From contig CP068257.2 of the NCBI GenBank assembly GCA_009914755.4, positions 38,048,001-38,112,000 on the forward strand: a stretch of DNA of 64,000 nucleotides. Direction: 5' to 3'. Of this stretch, positions 50,945 through 62,298 are shown piece by piece. The stretch comes from the human T2T-CHM13v2.0 reference genome, Homo sapiens. Every line of letters starts with the position of its first letter. Position 1 is the first letter of the stretch. The position numbers and the translations under genes were made by a program. Below the pieces are notes generated by a model. The model ran no database searches, was not told where the DNA came from, and worked only from the letters and a program-made list of their open reading frames with translations.

Positions 50945-51375
50945 CTAGGGCTGACATAATAAGTATCACACACTGGGTGGCTTAAACATAAGAAATGTAT
51001 TGTCTCAGTCCTGGAGGCCAGAAGCCTGAGGGCTGGCTCCTCTGAGGTCACAAGAGGAGATCTACTCCAGGCTCTCCCACAGCTTCTGCTGGTTGCTGCA
51101 GCTGCTGGTGAGCTTTGGCTTATAGAAGCATCACTGGGGTCTGTGCCTTCTTCTTCACGTGGTATCCTTCTTGTGTGTGTGTGTCTGTGTGTAAATTTCT
51201 GTTTTATAAGGACACCAGGCACATGGGTTAGGGCTCACCCTAGTGACCTTATCTTAACTCATTACATCTGCAATGACCCTTTTTTCAAATAAGTTCACAT
51301 TCTGAGGTACTGAACATCAGGACTCCGATATATAATTTTGTTTGGGGGAAGACTCAATTCAGCCCATAACTTGTG
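50945..51375 (-). mobile_element. MaLR LTR (MLT1-like), reverse orientation, near full length
   Basis: ...cagtcctggaggccagaagcctgagggctggctcctctgaggtc...gtgtgtgtgtgtctgtgtgtaaatttctgttttataaggacaccaggcacatgggttagggctcaccctagtgaccttatcttaactcattacatctgcaatgaccc...gggggaagactcaattcagcccataact. Confidence 0.5.
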
Positions 51376-51476
51376 GGTTCTACCAACTGTCAAGTGTGCC
51401 CACCCCAATTACACATGGTGGATGGGGAAGCACCCACTGGGTGAGTCTACGGGCCTGATGGGCCTGGGCCAGGACT

Positions 51477-51602
51477 CTTCCTTCCTTCCTTCCTTCCTTT
51501 TTTCTCCCTTTCCTTTCCTTTTCTTTCTTTCGTTCTTTCTTTCTTTTCTTTCTTTCTCATCTCCCTTCCCTTCTCTTCCTTTCTTTCTTTTCTTTTCTTT
51601 CT

Positions 51603-51606
<4 letters not shown>
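51477..51606. repeat. Degenerate (CTTY)n / (CTTTC)n polypyrimidine microsatellite
   Basis: cttccttccttccttccttttttctccctttcctttccttttctttctttcgttctttctttcttttc... read directly. Abuts the Alu at 51603. Confidence 0.85.
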
Positions 51607-51889
<283 letters not shown>

Positions 51890-52800
51890 AGTTAATAATT
51901 TCTTATGCTATAAAGGCCTCTTTCTAAATGTAAATACATGCTTTTGTTTTCATCTGAGCCATAGCATTCCAACTTAGTTTTAGTCCAAGTTATGGAGGTC
52001 CACGTATTTATTTTCTTAATAATCATCTCTAGCACTCCTTCATTCCTTCATCCATTTATTTTCCATTGAGTGCTTATCCATGACAGGTAGTGTCCTAGAT
52101 TCTGAGGATACGTTGTAAACAAATAAGAAAATAGATCCTTGCTCTTGTATAGTACACAGAGTGTTATGGCTAATTTTAGCTTGGATTATGGAAGTATAAA
52201 TACAATTTCATTTTATGCAAGAAGAAAATATGGCTGGAAGATGATCATTCACGGGCTTTATAATTAGCATAATTTACAGTCTTCTTCCAACTTTAGGGTG
52301 AGAATTCACCGGATTACTGAGTTACCCAACCTCACTGAATCAAATGAAATGTGGGTGTGTGTGGGGGGGTGGCTGGGGAGGGAACCAACCCGGGGATGTT
52401 ATTAAAGTAAAATTTTATAGGAAGTCTTTCTCATTCAGTATATCACCCTGCAGTGCCACCTGGCGGTTACAATGAAGGAAACCATTTCAATCCACACTGA
52501 TAATTGTAGGAACCTGGAAACTGTGGGGGCTCCCATGCACTCATTTCCCAAGAGGGTGTCAGGAGGGTCGTGCACTAGAGCCCGCAGTGAGTACCTGTCT
52601 CAGTGCTTAGTTGCACCACTGCGGAGGAGGCATCATCCAGCCTGAAAGTGCCCTCCCTCATGACTCGTCCCTCCCCTAATACAAACACCGCACAGGTGGG
52701 GTCCAACCATAAGTCCCCACCCCTTACCACAGCTTAGACTCATTTGTTTGTGTGATTTATTTTATTTTCATTTTGTTACTAGCCACTCTAAAAACGAGAA

Positions 52801-55637
52801 TTTTTTTTTCTTTTTTTAAAAAAATTTATTTTAGGTTTGGGGGTACATGTGAAGGTTTTTTACGTAGATAAACACGTGTCATGGGGGCTTGTTGTACCTA
52901 TTTTTACATCACCCAGATATTAAGCCCAGTACCCAATAGTTATCTTTTCTGCTCCTCTCTCTCCTCCCACCCTCTCCGCTCAAGCAGACCCCACTGTCTG
53001 CTGTTTCCTTCTTTGTGTTCGTAAGTTCTTATCATTTAGCTCCCGCTTGTAAGTGAGAAAATGCAGTATTTGGTTTTCTGTTCCTGCATTAGTTTGCTAA
53101 GGATGATAGCCTCCAGCTCCATCTGTGTTCCAGCGAAACACATGATCTTGTTCTTCTTTATGGTTGCATAATATTCTATGGTGTATATGTACCACATTTT
53201 CTTTATCCAGTCTGTCACTGATGGGCATTTAGGTTGATTCTATGTCTTTGCTATGGTGAACAGTGCTGCAATGAACATTTATGTGCATGCGTCTTTATGG
53301 CAGAATTATTTATATTCCTCTGGGTATTTACCCATTAATGGGATTGCTTGGTCAAATGCTAGTTCTGCTTTTAGCTTTTTGAGGAATCACCACACTGCTT
53401 TTCACAATGGTTGAACTAATTTACACTCCCACTAACAGTGTATAAGAATTCCCTTTTCTCTGCAACCTAGCCATTATCTGTTATTTTTTTGACTTTTTAG
53501 TAATAGCCATTCTGACTTGTGTGAGATGGTATCTCACTGTGGTTTTGATTTGTATTTCTCTCATGATCAGTGATATTGAGCTTTTTTTCATATGCTTCTT
53601 GGACGCATGTATGTCTTCTGTTGAGAAGTGTCTGTTTATGTCTTATGCCCACTTTTTAATAGGATTGTTTTTCTCTTGTAAATTTAAGTTCCTTACAGAT
53701 GCTGGATATTAGACCTTTGTCAGATGCATAGTTTGCAAATAGTTTTTCCCATTTTGCAGGCTGTATGTTTACTCTGTTGATAGTTTCTTTTGCTGTGCAG
53801 AAGGTCTTAAGTTTAATTAGATACCATTTGTCAATTTTTGCATTTGTTGTGATTGCTTTTGGTGTCTTTGTCATGAAATCTGCCTGTTCCTAGGTCCAAG
53901 ATGGTATTGCCTAGGTTGTCTTCCAAGGTTCTTATAGTTTTGGGTTTTACATTTAAGTCTTCAATCCATCTTGAGCTGATTTGTGTATATGGTGTAAGGA
54001 AGGGGTCCAGCTTCAATCTTCTGCATATGGCTAGCCAGTTGTCCCAGCACCACTTATTGAGTAGGGAGTCTTTTCCGCATTGCTTGCTTTTGTCAACTTT
54101 GTCAAAGATCAGATGGTCGTAGATGTGCAGCCTTATTTCTGGGCTCTCTATTCTGTTCCATTGGTCTATATGCCTGTTTTTGTACCAGTACCATGCTATT
54201 TTGGACACTGTAGCCTTGTAGTATAGTTTGAAATCAGGTAACATAATTCCTCCAGATTTGTTCTTTTTGCTTAGATTGCCTTGACTATTTGGGCTCTTTT
54301 TTGGTTCCATATAAGTTTTAAAATATTTTTTTCTAGTTCTGTGAAGAATGTCATTGGTACTTTTATAGGAATAACATTGAATCTGTAAATTGCTTTGGGT
54401 GGTATAGCCATTTTAATGATATTGATTCATCTAATCCATGAGCATGCAGTGTTTTTCCATTTGTTTGTGTCTGTTCTGATTTCTTTGAGCAGTAATTCTT
54501 TTATAATTCTCATTGTAGAGATCTTTCACATCCCTGGTTAGCTGTATTCCTGGGTATTTTTTTTTTGTGTGTGTCACAATTGAGAGTGGGATTGCCTTTC
54601 TGATTTGGCTCTCAGTTTGGTTGTTCCTGGTGTATAGGAATGCTAGTGATTTTTGTACATTGATTTTATATCTTGCAACTTTGCTGAAGTTGTTTATCAG
54701 CTGAAGAAGCTTTGGGGCTGAAACTATAGGGTTTTCTATGTATAAAACCATGTCATCTACAAAAAGAGATAAGTTTGACTTCCTCTCTTCCTATTTGGAT
54801 ACCCTTTCTTTCTTTCTCTTGACTGATTGCTCTGGTTAGGACTTCCAATACTATGCTGAATGGAAGTGGTGAGAGAGGGTATTCTTGTCTTGTGCTGATT
54901 TTCAAGGGGAATGCTTCCAGCTTTTGCCCATTCGGTATAATGTTGGCTGTGGGTTTGTCATAGATGGTTCTTATTATTTTGAGGTATATTCCTTCAATAC
55001 CTCGTTTATTGAGAGTTTTTAACACAAATGGATGTTGAATTTTATCAAAAGCCTTTTCTGCATTTGTTGAGATAATCATATGGTTTTTGTCTTTAGTTCT
55101 ATTTATGTGATGAATCACATTTATTGATTTTCATATGTTGAACCAGGCTTGCATCCTGGGGATGAAGCCTACTTGTTTGTGGTGGATTAACTTTTTGATG
55201 TGCTGCTGGATTCGGTTTGCAAGTACTTTGTTGAAGATTTTTGCATGGATGTTTATCAAGGGTATTGGCCTGAAGTTTTCTTTTTTTGTTGTGTCTGTGC
55301 CAGATTTTGGTATCAATATGATGCTGGCCTCATAGAATGAGTTGGGGAGAAATCTTCTTCCTCAATTTTTTGGAATAGTTTCTGTAGGAGTGGTACCAGC
55401 TCTTCTTTGTACATCTGGTAGAATTGGGCTCTGAATTCATCACATCCTGGGCTTTTTTTGATTAGCAGGCTATTTATTACTGATTCAGTTTTGCAGCTCC
55501 TTATTGGTCTGTTCCCGGAATCCATTTCTTCCTGGCCCAATCTTGGGAGGGTGTATGTGTCCAGGAATTTATCCATCTCTTCTAGGTTTTCTAGTTTGTG
55601 TGCATAGAGGTCAAATGAAAATTTCTGTATTTCTTTC
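52801..55637 (-). mobile_element. L1P-type LINE-1, 3' 2.8 kb (3'UTR plus about 2.2 kb of ORF2), antisense
   Basis: Poly-T then ttttaggtttgggggtacatgtgaagg...cccgcttgtaagtgagaaaatgcagtatttggttttctgttcctgcattagtttgctaaggatgatagcctccagctccatc... then continuous antisense ORF2 (tttgcaaatagtttttcccattttgcaggctg...; ccaggcttgcatcctggggatgaagcctacttgtttgtggtgg...). Confidence 0.85.
53831..55576 (-). pseudogene. LINE-1 ORF2 (reverse transcriptase plus C-terminal region) pseudogene fragments
   Basis: Minus-strand ORFs translate to recognisable ORF2 peptide: [13 protein letters not shown]...KKSPG.D.F.A.FYQ.YKEELVP; ...[128 protein letters not shown]. Broken by stops and frameshifts. The RT catalytic FADD motif reads ...KLISFCR* . 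Confidence 0.8.
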
Positions 55638-55756
55638 TTTCCTTCTTTTTGTGTTGAAAGAAGCTCTTGCTATGTTGCCCAGGCTGGTCTTGCACTCCTG
55701 GGCTCAAGCAATCCTCCTGCCTCAGCCTCCCGTGTAGCTGGGGCTACAGGTGTGTG
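55638..55756 (-). mobile_element. Alu-like fragment (FLAM/FRAM-type) abutting the 5' break of the L1
   Basis: gaaagaagctcttgctatgttgcccaggctggtcttgcactcctgggctcaagcaatcctcctgcctcagcctcccgtgtagctggggctacaggtgtgtg. Confidence 0.55.
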
Positions 55757-55880
55757 CTTTTTATTGCACTTTTCTTCCACCTGACTGTAAGCTCCATGAG
55801 GGCAGAAGCCATGTCTGTTTCACATCCTCAAGGCACCAAAACCAGTATCTGATACATGATATGTGCTCTCTGTGTGTTGA
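55757..55880 (+). mobile_element. MIR/L2 3'-tail fragment
   Basis: ctgactgtaagctccatgagggcagaagccatgtctgtttcacatcc...gtatctgatacatgatatgtgctctctgtgtgttgaaagagtgaatgggtg resembles tgtaagctccatgagggcagggac...tagtaggtgctcaataaatatttgttgaatgaatgaatg. Confidence 0.4.
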
Positions 55881-56509
55881 AAGAGTGAATGGGTGTAGGG
55901 GGTGCCTGTGTTGTAAATCATGTTCTGGAGGTGACCTCATTTCCTTGGAGGCTTCCTCTGGATCAGGTCAGGCATATGATGAATCCCTAGGCTCTCTTTG
56001 CCAGCGTGGTGGCAGGTTCTCTTCCAGGTCTTGTTCAGGCTGATAATTGATCAGCAGTAATTGATATGAGGAGAGACAGAAGAAACAGACAGGAACTAGA
56101 ATCCATAGATTCCTGTGCATGCAATATACACCAATACGACTTAACACTGCTGCACATCACACCACTCTCACTAAGGGTCACTGGTCCCTAAAATATTTTC
56201 CTACAGGTATTACATGTAGACCACATAAAACAATCTATTTGGCTTGGTGTTCATGTGTTCTTCCCGCCATGCCATAGGGCCTGCTCTGTGCTCCAGCCAC
56301 TGAGGTTAGTGAGGCTGATAGGGAGTCATTTCCACTGGCAACACCCTGGGCCAAGCGTTATTCTCATAGTCACGAAGCAATCCTTGGCAATTCGACATGT
56401 GGAAACATCTTCATGATTTAGCTTTTGATTAAACTTTTTTTGTCTTAGACTTTTTAAAAATAACCTTTTTCCTTTAGAATAGTTTTATACATACAGAAAC
56501 ATTGTGAAT

Positions 56510-56935
56510 ATAGTATAGATCAGCAGTCCCCAACCTTTTTGACACCAGGAATCATTTTCATGGAAGACAATTTTTCCACAGACCTGAGGTGAGGGAGACG
56601 GTTTCAGGATAAAACTGTTCCACCTCAGATCATCAGGCACTAGATTCTTATAAGAAGCACACAACCTAGATGCCTCTCACGCACAGTTCACAATAGGGTT
56701 CACACTTCTATGAGAGTCTGATGCCACCACTGATCTGACAGGAGGCTGAGCTCAGGCAGTAATGTGAGCAATGTGGAGTGGCTATAAATACAGATGAAGC
56801 TTTGCTTATTCACCAGCCACTCACCTCCTGCTGTGAAGAGCAGTTCCTAACGGGCCACAGACCAGGACCAGTTTATGGCCCAGGGGTTGGGGACCCCTGG
56901 AATAGAAGGTTCCCATATACTCCATACCCAATTTC
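56510..56935 (+). mobile_element. DNA-transposon-like interspersed repeat (family uncertain)
   Basis: gatcagcagtccccaacctttttgacaccaggaatcattttcatggaagacaatttttccacagacctgaggtgagggagacggtttcagg...cagatcatcaggcactagattcttataagaagcacacaacctagatgcctctcacgcacagttcacaatagggttcacacttctatgagagtctgatgccaccactgatctgacaggaggctgagctcaggcagtaatg...ccagtttatggcccaggggttggggacccctg. I recognise this as a common human repeat but cannot name the family with certainty. Confidence 0.3.
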
Positions 56936-58143
56936 CCCCATAATTAACATCTTACATAAGTATGGTACGTGAAAAACATCAGACAAATCTCAATTGAGAA
57001 ACATTCAACAGGAAACTTGACCAGTACTGCTCATAACTGTCCTAGTGGCCAGAAACAAAAAGGCCAGAGAAGTTACAGCCAAGTAGAGCATAAGAAGACA
57101 TGATGACTAGTCTAATGTGGTGTCCTGGATGGAATTCAAGAGAGGAAAAGGGCATTAGGGAAAAACTGAGCGAATAAATCTGAATAAAGTATGGACTTTG
57201 GTTAATATTCATGTGTCAATATTGGTTCTCATCAATTGTGACATGTTTACCATACTAAGGTAAGATGTTAATAACAGGGGAACTGTGAGTGGGGGTACAT
57301 GGGAATTCTCTGTATGATCATATTACTTTTTTTGTGAATCTAAAACTACTCTAAAATAATTTTATTTAACAACAACAAAAAATCAGATACTTCAAAACAA
57401 AACAAACAAAACCAACCACAGCCACCCAAAGAGAACACAGCCTTATGTCACGTGGCTGGTGGATTGAACTGCAGGTGGAAGTAACTTAACCTGTAGAACG
57501 AGACATTTTAAACCATATCTTTCATTGAAAGAAAAGTTTTCCAAATGGGAGATTAAATTAGTGAAGCATCTTATAAACTTTATCATAAATATTTGAATTA
57601 AAAGATGACACAGTAGAGTGAGAAGAATACAGGGAGACTCTGAAGTCAATGTTAAAGACAAAACTCGTGGCCTCCCAATAGCAATAGCATGACTCTTGGC
57701 AATATCGTGAGATCTTTATAGCTTCCGTTTAGTCCCGGTAAAGTGAGTATAATAATACCCACCTCTTATCATTGTAAGGCTGATTGAATGAGACTGTAGG
57801 TACAGCCCCCTACAAAGTACCTGGCACAGGAAAGCAATCGTTCCACCCAGGCAATTCTGAAATCTGTAAAACAGAAAACCAAGAAGGGGTGCTGGAACTC
57901 GGCACCAGTGCAAGTTCAGGCGGAAGTCCTGCTTTTTCTGGGAAGCCTCCTTTCTGCTCTTAAAGCTGTTCAACTGATTGGATCAAGCCCACTCAGACTA
58001 TCTGGATAATCTCTTTTACTTCAAATCAAATTAATGTTAATCACATCTACAGAATGCCTTCCCAGAAACACCCTTATTAGTGTTTGATTGAATAATTGGG
58101 GACTAGAGCCTGGCCATGATGACACCAAACCTGGCCATCTGTC

Positions 58144-58298
58144 CCTTCCTTCCTTCCTTCCTTCCTTCCTTCCTTCCTTCCTTCCTTCCTTCCTTCCACC
58201 CACCCATCCATTCATTTTTCCATTTATCCTTTCTTCTTTCCATCCATCCTTCCATTCCACCCATCCACCCATCCATCCATCTACCTGCCTATTTATCA
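58144..58298. repeat. (CCTT)14 [= (GGAA)n on the minus strand] followed by degenerate CCAT/CCAC-rich tract
   Basis: ccttccttccttcc... read directly, then cacccatccattcatttttccatttatcctttcttctttccatccatcc... Confidence 0.9.
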
Positions 58299-60291
58299 TG
58301 AACACTGTTCTCCTGTACTATAACTGAATGAAAGGTCATACCCATTAAAAAAATTCTGAGTTATATGGGTCAAGGTGAGCACACTTACTTTGTAAATTGC
58401 CAGGTAGTAAATATTTTCAGCTTTGTGGTCCCTTTGTCTCCGTCACAACTCCTCAGTACAGTTGTTGAGTACAAAAGCAGCCACAGACAATATGTGAGTG
58501 AGTAGGCATGACTCTGTCTGATGGAACTTTACACAAAATGGATGCCAGGTGGGACTTTGCCCATGGGCTGTGGCTAGCTGACTTCTGATATAGATCAGTT
58601 GTAAAGATATGTTTTTAGAAAGCACTGACTGAGTGGAAAGGGAAGCTAGTGAAAGAAGCTTGCCTATGGTAGGTCTACAAAAAAGAGACAAAGGGAAGAG
58701 CACTTTATTAGGGCTCAGAGCAAGGCAGGAGTGTGAGACCATGACAAGTGCTGTACTCAATGCACCCTCAGTCATGCTGTCACCAATCGTCGGGTTTTCC
58801 TCCTTCCAGGCACATGACCTTCTCTGCCCCGTTGAAGTAAGCTGTTGCCATGTGATTTGATTTGGACACTGAAATATGAGCAGAAATATTATGGGGGAAA
58901 CTTTAAGAGCAGCCCATGTTTGTCACATTTCTGTCCCTACAGCAGCAGTTTTAGGATGAAGCTTCTACCAACCTGAGTGTCTGAGTAAGATGAGCAGAAT
59001 TCCCTCACCCACCAATGCTATGTGAGTAAAAAATAAACTTTGGTTGTATTAAGCCCCCAGTATTTTGGGATTGTTACCAAACAGAAGCTGGCCTATCCTG
59101 TCTGATATACCTAACGACACCAACAATATTTAACTAAAATTTCATCCCTTGTATCTTTTGTATGCTACCTTATCTGTATGCTACCTCTGTCTTTTGTATG
59201 CTACCTTATTTGTCTTCATAACACTTTCTACCACCTTACATATATTTATCTATTCATTTACTTGTCTGTTTTCTCTGCTAGAATACAAGCTTCCCCAAAG
59301 CAGGGACTTCTGATAATTGCTCTTAAAGCTTGGAATGATTTACTATGTGACATAATCAACATCACCAAAAGCATCAACAACACAAATAAGCATATGTGTA
59401 GTCCTCACAAAGCTATGTGAGGTAGATAGTATTATTAACCTTGTTTTTCCTTATAGGTGAATTATTCTCATTTTACCTATAAAAATGCATTAGTTATCTA
59501 TTGCTATGTAACAAATTGCCGCAAAAGCAGCTTAAAACATCACACGTTTATTAGGTGTGAGTCAGGTGTCTGGGCACAACTTGTTGGTCCTTTGTTCAGG
59601 GTTTCTTGCGAGACTTCAATCAAGGCACTGGTGAGGGCTAGGGCCTCATCTGAAGGCTCCACTGGGGAAGGATAGGACTTTGAAGCTCACATGGCTATTG
59701 GCAAGCCTTTATTTCTTGCAGGCTGTTGGACTGAGGGCTGAAGTTTCTAGCTGGCTGTTCAGGAGAGTCTGCCCTCAGTCTTGATTGCTTGCCATGTGGG
59801 TGTCTCCAACATGACTATGTGCACCATCCAAGTGCACCTGCTGAGAAGGGAATAGAGAGATTCTGCTAGCAAGATGGAAGCTGCAATCCCATGGAATCAC
59901 AGAAGTGACTTTTGCTGCAATCTGTGAGTTAGAGAAGCAAGTCAGAAGTCCCAGCCCCACTCAAAGGGAGGAAATTACACAGAGTATGATTACTGGAGGC
60001 AGGGATTACTGAGACCATCTGAGAGTTTGCCTTCAAGAAGGAACTTGGAATTCAGAGAGGTCACAGAGTGGGTCAGTGGTACAGATCGTGTCACCCTGAC
60101 CTCACTGAGACCTGACAGAACTATAAAGGTTATGGGTCAAAAGGTAGAATGTATTCCCTAAAGCAAGGCACAAGTATTAATTTTGTTCCAATTAGGGCCA
60201 GAATCAGGATCTTGAGTACAAAGTTCACACATCTTCTTTGTAAAAAAATATGAAATCAGAAATGAATCTTTAAGAAATTAGCTGTTGATTA

Positions 60292-60642
<351 letters not shown>

Positions 60643-60827
60643 TTAATAATAGAATTAAGTGGAAATATTTTCACTTATTCCTCTTTATATGAGTACTTTT
60701 ATTTGGTGCAACAATGTACCCAGCTAAAAGAATACATTTCTCATTTTCCTTTGCAGGAGGTGTAGACATTTGACTAAATTCTAGCTACTGTGTTATGTGG
60801 GCTTCTTGGAAGATTCCTTATAGCTCG

Positions 60828-61185
60828 GTGATATGGTTTGGCTGTGTCCCCACCCAAATCTCATCTTGAATTCCTACGTGTTGTGGGAGGGACCCTGTGG
60901 GAGGTAATTGAATCATGGGGGAGGTCTTTCCTGTGCTGTTCTTGTGATAGTGAATAAGTCTCATGAGATCTGATGGTTTTTAAATGAGGAGTTCCCCTGC
61001 ACAAGCTCTCTGTTTTTGCCTGCTGCCATCCATGTAAGATGTGACTTGCTCTTCCTTGCCTTCCGCCATGACTGTGAGGCTTCCCCAGCCACATGAAAGT
61101 GTAAGTCCAACAAATCTCTTTCTTTTGTAAATTGCCCAGTCTTGTGTATGTCTTTTATCAGCAGCATGAACATGGACTAATACAC
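60828..61185 (+). mobile_element. THE1-type (ERVL-MaLR) solo LTR, forward orientation
   Basis: gtgatatggtttggctgtgtccccacccaaatctcatcttgaattcctacgtgttgtgggagggaccctgtgggaggtaattgaatcatgggggaggtctttcctgtgctgttcttgtgatagtgaataagtctcatgagatctgatggttttt...ccatgtaagatgtgacttgctcttccttgccttccgccatgactgtgaggcttccccagccacatg...ttgtaaattgcccagtcttgtgtatgtcttttatcagcagcatgaacatggactaatacac. Confidence 0.6.
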
Positions 61186-62260
61186 TGGGTGATCAGTTGG
61201 TCATCACATTCTTTGTAGATTTCCTTCTTCTTGCTGCAGCCACCAGCTGGGCAGGGAGAGGATATTGAGAACAAATTTCATGCTGAGGATGGCAGAGGAG
61301 AAAGATGAAAGGAGTCTAGGCCTGTATATCTCAACTTCTTTGTGCAGGAGAGTAACGCCTTACATGCATTAATCTGTTATTTGAGGTTTCCTTTATATGC
61401 GTTTGGATTGTCTGTGGCTGCAACGAATCCTGATACAATACAAAGTATTTACACCCTAGAGAGCTGTGCTAAAGAACCTATTTGCCATCTCATCGTGCTG
61501 GCAAATGACACACAACGTTCAGTAAAACTCAAGCGGATGCTATTCTGTTCTCTGCTAAATGTGCCTGATTTATCCATTGTGATGTCCTGCCATTCCAGAT
61601 AGAGATCAGGATTCCCTTGCCCCATGGCTCTGCTACAGAGTCTGCCTTGCCCATCTGGCATGTAAAACCCTGAAATGTAAAACTCTGCTGTTTGTAGGAG
61701 TGCCAAGATGTTTAAACATATTTTAGATATTTTTTGGAAAGTTGTAAAACGTGGCTAATGTAGGAAATGGTAGCAGTTCATAAACACTACTTATTGTTCA
61801 TCACTTCAGATGTCACTAGGCTTATGTAAATGAAACCGAGATATTTTTCTTTTTTCTGTGTGAAGTCAAGCCCATTTTTTCTTCTAACATTATAGACATC
61901 CCAGAGTGGTTATCAGCATTTGAAAGCAGCAGGGCCTCTTTCTTCTTCTTGGATTTGGTTAAAACAAAAGGGCTACGGACAGTCTTGAAATGTGAACCAA
62001 AACCCCATGTTTTTAAACACCTCAGCAAATCCGAATGAAGACAAGTTTCCTCCTTCAGGGACAAAGCAGGGTTCAGTCTATAAAACCTGACTTTGAAGCA
62101 GATGACAACTTTTCCCACAGGTGGTGCACAAGTACTTCTAGGAAACACAAACACCTAATTTTGATCTTATTTATTAGGATTTTATTTTAATGTGGATCTG
62201 GAAAAAAAACTAGCACATCATGCTCATAATTATACGGATCTTACTGCTTAGGAGGAGGCC

Positions 62261-62298
62261 TAATTAATTGTGTGCAATTAACAGCCGTTAATTGTGTT
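62261..62298. promoter_or_regulatory. Cluster of three TAAT homeodomain-type core sites with a repeated TTAATTGTGT motif
   Basis: taattaattgtgtgcaattaacagccgttaattgtgtt read directly. ttaattgtgt occurs twice, 20 bp apart, with a caattaac site between them. Confidence 0.2.

Noticed and set aside
58021-58327. ORFs encoding GRKEGRKEGRKE… and LPSFLPSFLPSF…
   Set aside because: They are translations of the (CCTT/GGAA)n microsatellite on the two strands.
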